Assembly (NCBI GenBank): GCA_964106645.2
Contig: OZ067043.1
DNA: 64,000 bases
Strand: one strand, 5' to 3'
Origin: Podarcis pityusensis
Lineage: Eukaryota
Shown here: piece by piece, positions 1 to 35,900 of the stretch
How positions within the stretch are numbered: position 1 is the stretch's first letter
How the letters are laid out: every line of letters begins with the position of its first letter
Notes under the pieces: generated by a model
What the model was told of the DNA's origin: nothing
Databases searched by the model: none
The model's input: the letters and a program-made list of their open reading frames with translations, nothing else
Translations under genes and position numbers: made by a program

Positions 1-666
1 CTCCTCCCACCCTCCTAGCCCAAGCTTAATCCTGTGTAGACTAAAAAAAAAAAGGGGTCCCACAGAGCAACATTATGCACTAGGAGGGTAAACATAAGGA
101 AGTAACCCTTCCTCAACCCTGTAAATGCAAGCGACCATGTTTAGGCTCCATGTAGCGTTTTACCAGCCCCAGGACACACGGTGCAAACAAAGCTGCATCT
201 CATTTTTCATGAACACATACATGAATCCAGCTTCACTCATGCACCATTTTACGTGTTGTGATCTGTGTATATGTGCAGCTTTGAGAACAGCCTGAAGCAG
301 TCATGTCACACGTGTAAGGGTTGAACAGAAGCAGAACTACAGGTCACAAAAGGGGAAAGTTAAGCTCAATATTATTTTAGAAGATTACAGGTCTAGTAAA
401 TTTGCCCACAAGGCTTCAACCATAAATGGGGATATTTACCAAATAATGGGCTCATCCACACTGGAGTTTATTCTGGATTCGAAGCTGCTTGTGTCTTTAT
501 ATTTTGTATGTGTGTTGCATCCACACAATAGCATCCTCACCCAAGTAGTAACCCTCACTTCCCTCCCCCTGTGAAATCCAGATTTTACTGATCTGTGTCT
601 AATCCAATAAAGGAACATATGATTCTATATTGAATTTTATTCCTTTATTGGATTAGACACAGATCA

Positions 667-670
<4 letters not shown>

Positions 671-715
<45 letters not shown>
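671..715. repeat. (TA)n microsatellite
   Basis: Direct reading. Confidence 0.98.
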
Positions 716-718
<3 letters not shown>

Positions 719-1877
719 CATGTGTGATGATGTTTCACTGGGTGCCATTCATTGCCCTACCCTTCCATTTTGTTTCCATCAGCCCAAAGAAAAGGATGCA
801 GTCTGCCTTTTCCCACCAGTGTGTTGCTGAACTCACAGTATGGAACATAGGTGGTCATATTAATTTCAGTTACTGCTTTACTTGAACCCAAGGTCATCTG
901 GAGCAGTGTTTCCAGACTGTAGTAATATATGTTTTAAATATTTTTAGAGATTTATTTTATTTTATAATTTGCTATTGCTACTTTGGACCTCCTTCAGGAG
1001 GAAGGATGGGATGATGATGATGATTTATTATCTGCCCTTCACTAGCAGGTCCCAGAATGGGTTGCAATAACTTAAAATTTAGTATTTTTAAAAGTTAAAA
1101 AAATTAGTCACAGAAACATCACAGGTTTCAAAGGTGTGCATTCAGCATTTGCAGAAAGCTGTGTAGTGAAGTTACCAGACACATCTCTGTGAGGAGGGAA
1201 TTCCACAAAATCTTCACCACCGTTATCATCATCCTATAAAACCTTCAGCAGGTACTGACCTCTGTTTAGATCATATTGACATCATAGTTATTTGGTCATG
1301 TGAACTGACCCCTGAGAGTGTTGGGAAAGTACATCTTTAACAGGTTTGTTTGACTTGGCACAGAAGAGGGTCATCATCCCCCTCTCCCCATTGATAACTC
1401 GGTGGTACATGAGTGAACCTGGCTGATCCACAAATGATGGTTGTGCACAACAAGACAGGCTAGAACTTAAGGCAGTACTGCCCATCCGTTGTGATCTGCA
1501 TGTCTCTGGTTTCCTGTAGTATGTAAAAAAAGTTGCATAGCACTGCTGTAATCACAGCCATGCACAACTTCCAGAGGCGGACAGTTCCCCGGGCTGTAGA
1601 TTAATCAACTTCAGGACTCCATGATACCTTCTTTCCTCAGCAACTGTAAACTGTTGTTCCTGACTAGGATCTAAAGAGACAGAAAGAAAACCACTTCTCT
1701 CCCAGACTGGGAGCAGCTTGTTCCTTAGCCTTGGATTTGGAAAACATGACTAAAGGGAGTTTCTTGAACCCTGAACACCAGTGGAGTGTCTCTTCATTTC
1801 AAGCCTCTCTCCATTGGGAGCTCAGTCCAGCAACCTCCCAGTGCATTGCTTCCTCCTGCAGGAGCAAGAGACAGGCA

Positions 1878-2553
1878 AGGAACAATGGGTGGAGAGCAGG
1901 AAATGGTGCATGGGAAACAGGATTTCATGTCATTGCTGTGCTGTCTGTGAAGGCCTCTAAGCATCCCTCCCCCAACAGACTCCATTCCTGCTCTGGCTGA
2001 ATCCCAGCCAAGAAAGCTCTTCCCACTGACTCACAGCTCTTGCTGTGCCCAATCCATTCTCACTCTTAATCAGTTCCTGAACTGCCCAGAGGTTGCTTGT
2101 GTGTGCGTTTGTGCACCCCAGGCTGAAGCACCCCAGGAAGGCTTTCCAAGCAAGCATGGAAGAAACAGGCAGGTCATAATCTCTTCTGCAACAACATGTG
2201 GCAGTGAACAAAGCGCTGGAACGGGTGGAAGGGCCTTGGAGGGGACAATCTGAACTCCCAAGCAGGTGGACCGAAACTCAGCCAGAGTTTCTTTTCCTGA
2301 GGCTCGTAACATACACTTCAGAAAGCAGAAGTGGGATTTTCTAAACCAGAGAACCAGAATCTGTCTTCCTCATGGGGTGTGTGTGAACTTTCTCCGAGCT
2401 ACTCTGACCCATTCAAAGCAATGGAAGACACAGGAGCATCAAACATAGAGGACACACTCTGCAAATGAAAAACAACGCAAATGCCCCCATCATCTTTGCC
2501 TTTTCTGGATCCGTGATGTCTGAGCTCTCCTGACACTGTGTATACTCAGGAAA
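1878..2553 (+). promoter_or_regulatory. Putative TIE1 proximal promoter / 5' UTR
   Basis: Directly upstream of the ATG; SOX-type AACAATG (1881), several ETS-type CAGGAA/TTCCTG (1897, ~1985, ~2134, ~2295), octamer-like CTGCAAAT (2459) and ACGCAAAT (2475); motif inspection only. Confidence 0.45.
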
Positions 2554-26300
<23,747 letters not shown>

Positions 26301-28708
26301 GAGACTTGAGCACTGACCCCACCAACCTGTGGACCCAAACAGGGCAATAGAAGCCTCCTGTACATATGTCTCATGGTCATGCCACCATCTTTTTACATAG
26401 AGCACAGAACATAGCTGAACTTGGCTGGTCCAGAGGATCCTTCATGAACCCATTCCTCATGCCATCTTCTTCCCCGACCAGAAGGGCATGGACAGCACAC
26501 AGCACAATCCAAGACTCTGCCAAACTTAAAGGAAATATATGGAGTTCAGAGAAGTGACACACAGCTATAACTTGTGCTAGGGGAGCATCTATGCTCAGTA
26601 GCCCTATATATCACAAACGCCATGTGCCGATTCCAGCCTGCCTCCAAGATGGACAGTATGGGACCCATGCATGAATGGAGGACATGGTTTGCATGTGGAG
26701 CAGCCTTCGACTTGAAACAGAGTGCCTCTTGGTCTTGGAATTTGGCATGGGGAGGAGAGGAGAGGAGAAAAAGGCAAAGCATTACGAAAGCAAGAGATTC
26801 TGCATCATCTATATTCATGCATACATACACCACAACCATTATCTCGCCTCGCAGGAAGGCGGAGGGCAGATCCTAGCCAAAGATTACGTGCTACCTGCAT
26901 GGAAACACACTTCTTTACACTCCCTGGTCCAGGCTTCATTTCTGCAGAACAAGGCAGCAATGTGGAGATAGCAGCAATTTTCAAAGCCAGCCACTAGGAA
27001 GGAGTTTAAATGCTTTCACACTGACCCTTTTCATGTCATCTGCTGCTGCTGCTAAAAGCATTGGCCTGTGCCGTTTGCAGTTCATCTCATATCCTTTCCA
27101 AAATAGCCCACTTTTCCTGGGTTCTTTATCACAGCCTGCTGCTTTTTTTTTGAACAGGTGCAAGTACTGCACAAACTTGTTAAGCAAGTCCTCCATAATG
27201 TTCTGAATAGTAACACCTTTGAACACCTGTCCCAGGAGCGAGTCCTCCAATTTCCCTCTTTTTCTCCCGTTTTGGCAACTTCCTCCTGCTCCTTGTCTAG
27301 CAGGCCCGTGCGTGTGCTGATTCCAATTAAGCCTGCTTCTAAAACTAAGAGAGTGTGTTTGCGCAAAAGAAGCATTGCACAGGACTGGATATACCCTTGG
27401 TTTAATCTACCAAGGCCCTCCTTGTGTACAGCATTCAAGCGACACGTTATACAACAGAAGGGACCAAAGCTCAGAGCAGTCACATGCATACTAGAAAGTT
27501 CTAGGTTCAATCCCTAGGCATTTCAGTTAGAAGGATCAGATAGCAGGCAATGGGAAATACATCTTCCTGAGACCCCGGGGAGCTGCTGTAATTTGAAAGA
27601 GAAAATACTGATCTAGATGAACAAATAATCAAATCTGGGTTGTGTGCACATTATTGGCTTAAACACAGCTAGGTGGTTCTTTTTCTCAATTCAAATCAAA
27701 GCTGGTTTGGGGGGAAACTCATCAAAACACAGTATTATATTAAAAAAAACCCAGCAGGATAGATCTGGATTGTGGCTAATGTTGTGTATATACCACTTCC
27801 CAAATAAGCAGTGGGAGCTCAGTGGGTGCAGAGTGAATGGGAGTGTGTACACAGCCTTAGTATAAGGCAGCTTCCTATGCATATAATGTCACCTGGATGC
27901 TTCTCCAAACATTTGCTTTTCAACAAATATCATGAGGAGTTTTTTCCACCGGGCATAACAGTGTGGACAGGGATTGTTCATGGAAGCAGACACAACTGTC
28001 CCCTCAATGATCTGGCGCAATCCACATGTTGTGAGACCAGTTGCTGGCTGAGAACTGCAAGTCTCTTGTCATTATAGGATGCCACTAAATAAGGTTTCCA
28101 AATCTTTTTATTGAGCCTTCATCCTGATTTGTTTACACAAAGTTTTCAGGGAGGTTTTATGATGTTGGCTGTTTATAGAGCATTCGTTCTGATTTGTTTG
28201 CAGGGAGATTATATGATATTAGGTCAAGCAATTGTTGTTACACATTTTCTAGTGCATTTTCATGCCACTTTCCTTACTGAAAAAAGCGAATGTGTTTTTG
28301 TGCAGGGGTATGTGGTTTTGTCAGTTTTTTTTGAAGAGTTTCTTGTGCAAGAGTGACGAATCCACTTTAATTCTTGAATCTTAACTTTGCCGATATGCAG
28401 TTAACTCTCACTCACAAAATAGTGATAGTCTGGAAATGCCCATGTATGAATGTCTTATGAAACAAAGGAAATTGGTAGGGGAAAAGGAGCTGAACTTCAA
28501 AGGGTTGCTTTGAAATTCTCCTAGAATCCCTTGGAAGCAATTCTAGCATTGCATGGAAATGGGAATGTCAACGAGGAGAGCAATTGGTTTTGCTGTGTGG
28601 TGGATCTAACCCATGGACCATATGCTTTCAGACAGGTGCAAAATTAGCAGTACATGACTGTATAGGCCTCTAGCAGTTCTATGCTGCCTCTGTGTTAGAT
28701 TTGTACAT

Positions 28709-28714
28709 AATAAA
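28709..28714 (+). terminator. Candidate TIE1 polyadenylation signal AATAAA
   Basis: First AATAAA I found after the stop codon; ATTAAA follows at 28721; alternatives near 29413 and 29689. Confidence 0.4.
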
Positions 28715-31694
28715 GGATGCATTAAAAGGATGAAGTTGTGAAATGGGGTATGGCAACCTTCCTTGTGTTTTAACAGAAATCAAGAGGTACTCTCTAGCCT
28801 CCATCCTCTTACAAATGAATATAAACTGTTTATTTTTGTATGTGCCTCTCAGTAACTTTGGCAGCCATTTTAACAGCCATAAAGGGCTGCTTCTCCCACT
28901 CTGCTGTAGGAGGCAGTCCCCCCCCCCCTTCAAATACTAGCAGTCAGTACTGTTTGCATATTCTTTACCAGAGAATTCAGTGTAGGCCTTTGCCCTGCAG
29001 GGAATGCTGGCTCCACTCCAGACATTGCTGACAAACTGTTTTGGTAAGAACAAGGAAGGGAGTGAAAAAATCAACTGAATCAAGAAATAACTCATTGGCA
29101 TGAGAAGGTAATCAAGTACCACTATAACTATTAACTTGGATTTAATAGCCAGGGCGGTACAAGTTCACAGAAATATGCCCAAAGGGTTCTGCGTCTGTAA
29201 GTGTTGCCAAGGCAACAAGCGAGTTATAGATCCCTGATCCCTTCTCCTTCAGGAAAAAAATGTCACCATTCCAGGTGGTGTGTTTCCATTTCCTGAGAGT
29301 AAACCATGAGGGCCCTTGTGAGGTCATGCCACCATTTCATTCAAGTCTGTTTGTATATTTATGAGACATCTTAGTTTAGCTACCATGTGTGTGACAGATA
29401 TTTCCGCTTACAAATAAATAAGATGGTGATTTCCTGAGTAGGCCATCTTCAGACTGTCAAATTCACAGCCATATTTGGCACATTCAGCTCCATGGGATTA
29501 GTATTTCGTATACTGATGCTATCTACAAAATAGTGCTTTCTGCTCATGGGCAACCAGTTATAGGATATGGAAGGGAATGTACAGAATTTATGAGAATTGA
29601 AACTTGAAACAGCAGATTCGCTATTCCACGCACATGCAGCGACCAAAAATCATGCAGAATGTTGCAGGGAAGGAAGATTCTCTTCAGCAATAAATTCATT
29701 TTTCTGTAGTTAAAAACTGTTACGGAGCACTAAATAAATAGTGTTCCAACCAGGTTTTCGTACAAACTACATCAGCATTTCCCAGCAGTATCAAGAGTGA
29801 GGCACTGCTACAAACATTTGCTTGGTTGCTTGAGGGCACAGTTTTGTGTTTATCCATGTTTTGAACTCTGTGGAGAAAAGCCACAGGGAGGGAAGTTGAA
29901 GTAGAGAAATGGTCGCTGAGGGAAGGGTTGGGACATCTTCCTCTTTCTCTATTAAAAAATTTCCCAAAGTTTTATGTTCTAAAAAAAAGATGGTAGGGCT
30001 TCATAACATGTGTTTGCACTAAGGATGGCTATGTTCTGGTTTGCATAGGTAAGCTCTCCTTTAGATGTGAACTAAATCAAATTCTCTGCTATTCCTAGTT
30101 TGCATATAACATATAATAATAATAATATAGTTAAGACCTTCATGGTATCGTTTTAAGAATCACTTTTAAATTGTGGAGTGTTTTTCTCTTGCATACATGT
30201 GCAGATTTTGAATGTTGTTATTTTATTTATGATTGTCCCAAAGTGATTATAATACAATGAAAACATGCACAGAACAGCTGCATATATAAAAACAGCTGAC
30301 ATCTGCATACATAAAAATTATATATGCACACACTAATAATAATAATAATAATAATATCATCTTACCCATCAGGCTGGGTTGCCCCAACCACTCTTAAAAC
30401 AACAAGGCATATATAAAATCAATTCAGTTCTGATACTGATAATAAATGACACCAAAGATTTACACTTGGAAGGCTTGTTATAAAAGAGAATCATCTTCGA
30501 CAGGCACTAAGAGGGCAATGCAAAAGGTGCCTGCTTGTCAGTTTCTCCTTAGGTGCTCAGTAATGTATGATTTTTTTTTAGCCTTTACAGTTTCTTCACT
30601 GCTTGAATTGTTATCTGTTGCATACTTCCTCGTGCCTGAGAAATAAAATGAAAAGCACCTCTCTCACACCCTCTCCACCACATTTGCACTCTCCCACATT
30701 TGACCTCTAGTTTGTTATCTTCGAGCCTTTGGTTAGCTGTAATCAACAATCTCTTCTGTGGTGTCCACTTTAGTGATGGTTGTCCCAGCAGCCATATCTA
30801 TGGTAACAGGTGGACTTTACTCGGATCAAATGCATTGAGACATGAGTGTATTCTGCTATTCATTTAGCCAGGAAGAGCAAACACTGTCTTTAACTTGGTA
30901 CTTTGCCAAAGGAGTATCTTAAGTAGCTTTTATGGGTTGCTCCAAACCACCTGTTTATTCAGCATTCATCCTGATTTGCTTGCAAAAGCTTATGTGGTGG
31001 TTAGGCCACACTATGCGTTTATAGCACATGGCTTCCCCGCAAAGAATCCTGGAAACTAGTTTGTTAAGGGTGCTGGGATTTGTAGCTCTGTGAGGACTAA
31101 ACTACCAGATGCTGGCTTTATAGAGGATTAATTCTTATTTGTTTATTAGGCAGTTATATTATAATGAGCAGACATCCAGCAAGCATGCTGATTTGCTTGC
31201 GGGGTGTTTAGTCATCTTCCTGACTATTGTTTGTTCATCCCATAAATTTCAATATCCTGTCATCTTATCACTTTCCTAAATCCAAAGAGTCCTTTGTTTT
31301 TAAAGTGTTACGGCAACAGTTTTTAAATCCACTTTAATTGCACAAACCTTTTGTTCCGGTGTGTGCTTGAATCCGTCCCACAAAATAGTGACAGCCTGGA
31401 GGCACTTTTAGTGATCTGGTCCTTGAGTTACATGTTGTGGTGAAGCAAATAAGGGGTGGTCTCAGTACCCATCCGCTGCTTGAAGATTTGCTTGGGCCTC
31501 ATTCCCAGATGCTCCTCACAACTTGTGGATGTGAGTGCCTGTTGACTGTTTTCTCCCACTGGTTCCAACAAGAGTTGTTTTCTTAATGTTAACTGTCACA
31601 CATGGAAGAGGGATATCACAGGAATTGTGGCTGGGAGGGCTACGGTCTTGATAACAGTTGCCACCCACCTCTCTCTGCACCTAGTGGTATTTGT

Positions 31695-31700
<6 letters not shown>

Positions 31701-31731
<31 letters not shown>

Positions 31732-31740
31732 TGTCTGTCT
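31701..31740. repeat. (GT)n + (CTGT)n microsatellite
   Basis: Direct reading. Confidence 0.95.
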
Positions 31741-31859
31741 CACATAAACTTGCTAATCACATTATTGGCATCCCCTTGCTGGGTCTGAGAAAAAAAGGCT
31801 CATCAAGTGTAGCATTCTGCTCTCAGTGTCGCAACAGGATGTCTATGGGAAGCCCGCAA

Positions 31860-32226
31860 AGGACCCCTGGACGGTTAAGTCCAGACAAAGGTGACTATAT
31901 GGTTATGGCACATATCTCGCTTTCAGGCCGAGGGAGCCGGCATTTGTCCACAGACAGCTTTCCGGCTCGTGGCCAGCATGGCTAAACCCTTCTGGCACGA
32001 TGGGACACCATGATGGAAACCAGAGTGCATGGAAACACCTTTTACCTTCCCGCCACAGTGGTAGCGATTTATCTACTTGCACTGGTATGCTTTTGAACTG
32101 CTAGGTTGGCAGAAGCTGGGACAGAGGAACAGGAGCTCACCCCATCGTGTGGATTCGAACCGCCGACCTTCCAATCAGCAAGCCCAAGAGACTTTGTGGT
32201 TTAGACCACAGCGTTACCCGCTCCCT
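31860..32226 (-). mobile_element. Sauria SINE (older copy) upstream of MPL
   Basis: Homologous to 59758-60106; 14-bp TSD TGGGAAGCCC(G/A)CAA. Confidence 0.85.
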
Positions 32227-32464
32227 TGGGAAGCCCACAAGCACCATGAGGGTGCAATACCACTCTCCCATTTAGCAAGTGCAACCACAGAGCCATTTCT
32301 CCCTTACCCCACACTCGAATTCCCAGACCAGAGCCACCCTCATTTGCTTGGAGCACCCACCCCACAATTCACAACATTCACAGACTATTCTTCTGAGAGC
32401 ACTGCCAGCTCCTGCCAGTCCTCTACGACATCCAGTGCTTCCTGCCCAAAGGCCCTGTCCTTAA

Positions 32465-32650
32465 GAACCACCACCACAAGGGCAAGACATACTGCCTATC
32501 TGATCATAGCAGCCTCCAGCCAATGCTGCCACTCTTGCAGGCCATGGCGCAGTGGTTTTGGGCTGGGGAAGTGGTGGGGCCCAGGACTGGAGGAGGCCTT
32601 TACCCAGGCTTCCTGAGCAGCTGGCCTGGCACTTCCCAGATAAGCTTCCC
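32465..32650 (+). promoter_or_regulatory. Putative MPL promoter with ETS, GATA and RUNX motifs
   Basis: ACTTCC (32631) next to AGATAA (32638), CTTCCTG (32609), E-box CAGCTG (32618), ACCACA (~32473); mammalian MPL promoter is GATA1/ETS driven. Confidence 0.5.
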
Positions 32651-32856
32651 TTGCACAGGTCCAGCAACAAAGGTTCAGAGCTTACGTTCACTGGAACAAA
32701 AAGCCAAGCAGTCCCTGTCTGCTACCTCAGCAGGAGTGCAGGCCACTGATGTATCCATGTGTCCAATGTTCTGCCAGAGCATATACTGTCGACACCAGCA
32801 GTGCGGAGGGACAATATTTTGACTTGGGTCTGATCCTGGATGTACCCTCCAGTAGG

Positions 32857-32950
32857 ATGGCAGTTCCTCTGTGCCTGGTGAGGCCACTGCTTGCCATACT
32901 CCTGCTCATCTCTTTGCCTGTGCTGAACTGTGTCTACATCACAGATGAAG
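32857..32950 (+). CDS. MPL: MPL exon 1 (signal peptide)
   Basis: MAVPLCLVRPLLAILLLISLPVLNC...; G|gtaaga phase 1; an in-frame upstream ATG also exists at 32749. Confidence 0.8.
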
Positions 32951-35900
32951 GTAAGATTACAAACTGCTACTACTGTCCATGGTTTAGGGCAGAGCTTTCC
33001 AAACTTTTCATGTTGGTAACATACTTTTTAGACATTCTTCATTTCACAACACAGTCATTCAGTTTTACTAGCAAACCAGAGATTAAACTAGCCCCTTTCC
33101 TGCCCTGGGAGGAGCTTGGGGTACATTAGCAGAACACACCTACACGCTGCAGCCGACACACTAATGTGTCGCGACACAATTTGGAAAGCTCTGGTTTAGG
33201 GGAAAAGGTGAGGATGAAGCATGGCTTTTGTTACTTTTTTTGTGGCCCTAGAAACCTCATTAGGAAAGCCAGGCAGGTGAACATTCTTGTGGACGAAAGG
33301 CATCTGGGCAGGGGGGATGGGATGGGGCTTTCTGGAAGCACCACAACAACCAGCTTTCCTGGATTAGGGTTTCCAATTTCTGATCAAAAATGCCCTCTAG
33401 GCTTTTGATCACTGTGGCATGCAGATGTCATCAGGCAAGGCTTCTCACAATGCAGCGATGAAAGAAGACACTCTTTTCAAACTATTCTCTACCATGCCCT
33501 TATTAAAACATAACTCTGGACTGTACCATGTGGGATCAGGAAACTTTGGAATAAATGAAGCTCTTCCATACTTGTGGATCAAGGTCCACCTTGGCTGCTG
33601 CAGAAGGAGGGTTAGGAGAAAACCCTTTCATGTCCTATGCCAGGACGAGGCCCAGCACAGAAAACTATAGATCCCAGAACTATAAGTGCTGAAAATTGTA
33701 GCTCTGTTGAGATAAACTACAGTTCCCGGGATTCTTTGGGGAAAGTCCTGTGCTTAACATGTATGGTATATTCACAGCCTCAGAGATCTACCTGCACACC
33801 TCCACCAAAGCGTTTCCTCTGTACATTATTCAGGGCCACCAGTCAACAGAAGAGCAAGGAACATTGGTATGTGGAAAGATGGAATAGGTTACGAAGGCTC
33901 AAAGTGAATGTGGGTACCGAAAGTGCCAAATTGTTTCCTGTCCAGATCAATGCAGTTCTTTACTAGGATCAGCTATTAAGTGCAGTCTTTCCAGATGATG
34001 AGAATTTTCCTCACCACAGCTCTCAATTAGGGAGAAACAAGATCTGACTAGAATTCAGGTTTGTTTTTCCAACACCCGTTATTCTTCAATGTCCTTTGTA
34101 TAGAGTGGTTGTGTTTCCTCCCTTCTTCTGTGGGGGCACCGGGGTGGGGGGACAGGGACATAAAAAAGACACTGACCAAGAGTGCTGTCTATGTTCAAAA
34201 CTTGAATAGCTCATAAGCAGATACACATAACCGCTTGATCAGTGAGCTTTTCAGCTTTTGCTGATGGATATGATACTGTTAGAAATACTACAAGGACAGA
34301 AACCAAAATCTAAAGAAATTCTTCTTTGACTTAGCATGAATCATAAACCTCAAATTGTTTAAGGGTAAGATGTAAAATTATTGACTAAATATATACAGCG
34401 GTACCTCGGGTTACATACGCTTCAGGTTACATACGCTTCAGGTTAAAGACTCCGCTAACCCAGAAATATTACCTCGGGTTAAGAACCTTGCTTCAGGATG
34501 AGAACAGAAATCGTGCTCCGGCGGCACAGCAGCAGCAGGAGGCCCTATTAGCTAAAGTGGTGCTTCAGGTTAAGAACAGTTTCAGGTTAAGAACGGACCT
34601 CTGGAGCGAATTAAGTACTTAACCTGAGGTACCACTGTATAGTATTCAGATTTCACAGATATCCTATGTCCTGCAGTGTTACTTCCCGAACCCTTAATTC
34701 TGATGGTATAATTCATTTTACCTTCTTGCATTGTTTGTTCCTACAGAATTATTGATCCCCTTGATTTCTTTGTTTCCCTCTCAAATCTTTTAAAATTAGG
34801 GCTCCCTCCAGATGTCCTTTTTATTGTGTATTTGTCATTACCCATGATTCTGCCTGCAAAAGTGTCATGGTGAACCTATACTGCTTTGTTTCCAGTCAAT
34901 GCATGTCCCATAGTCTCCTGCTTTCCTTTCTCACTGGGATTCTAGATACAATATTTACCCTTATAAGACACTCCTGAAACACTGTGGGAGGGAAAAGCAG
35001 CTAGTGAATTATTTTCGTGGGGATGGGTTAATGAACCCTGTTACTTCTCCACTCAAAATCTTAGCGTCTTGAGACTACTTTTTTTAAAGTCATTGTTTTC
35101 ATTGCATTTGCGTATAATGTGTAGTTTGCTCCCTTATCTTGCTTCCTCCCACTGTCACTGGGAGTTCTATCTCCCTGGGACAGGAAGCTGCTCCCCCCGC
35201 CCCAAGTTTGCCACAAAACCACATGGCTATTTTGGGATGTTTGTGAACACTTCCTGGCAGCAAATACTTTGGGGTGGTGGTAATCATTAGCTCCCCCTTT
35301 CCCTAATCCTTTCCCAACCCACTCAAACAACTGTGTGGCCAATATGGATGTTCACATAAAAAAACAGAAACAGAATGACAACATTTAGGGTCAGTACCGT
35401 TTGCATTTGTGGGTTAAGAAAATCAGTACTGTTAGATGGATGTGTGGTGTACAAAAATGAAAATACATTATAGAAGGGATGAGGAACCTATGGCCAGGTT
35501 GTTGGACTACAACTCCCATCAGCCCTAAACATTGGCCATGCTGGCTGAACTAATGGGAGGTGGAGTACAACAGGTCCTCATTCTTGCATTATAGAGAAAA
35601 TTAATACTGTTGGGGGGGGAATTTTAATGAGCCACTAAGCTTCACGGCAGAAGGGGGTCATAACAGGGCCAGTGACTGCAGGCTGCACCACCCACCCACC
35701 CCAAGATGCAGGGCAGGGTCTTTGCATGTTACCTGGTACGTACTTATTCAGAGAACTGCACCCAAACATTCAGGTTGGTGCCAAAGAATGAGAGCGTGGA
35801 GGTGCACTTTGAATAACCACAGCCAGCCCCCCACCTTTATTGAGCAACTTCTTGCACCTCACCCCACACCCACTTAATTCAAAATTAACCAACATTATTT

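Noticed and set aside
1560-1700. Possible donor of a divergent minus-strand exon upstream of TIE1
   Set aside because: Only a weak AAG|gtatca motif; no ORF or other support
32077-32616. 179-aa plus ORF upstream of MPL
   Set aside because: Begins inside a Sauria SINE; low-complexity S/T/P content; no homology recognised
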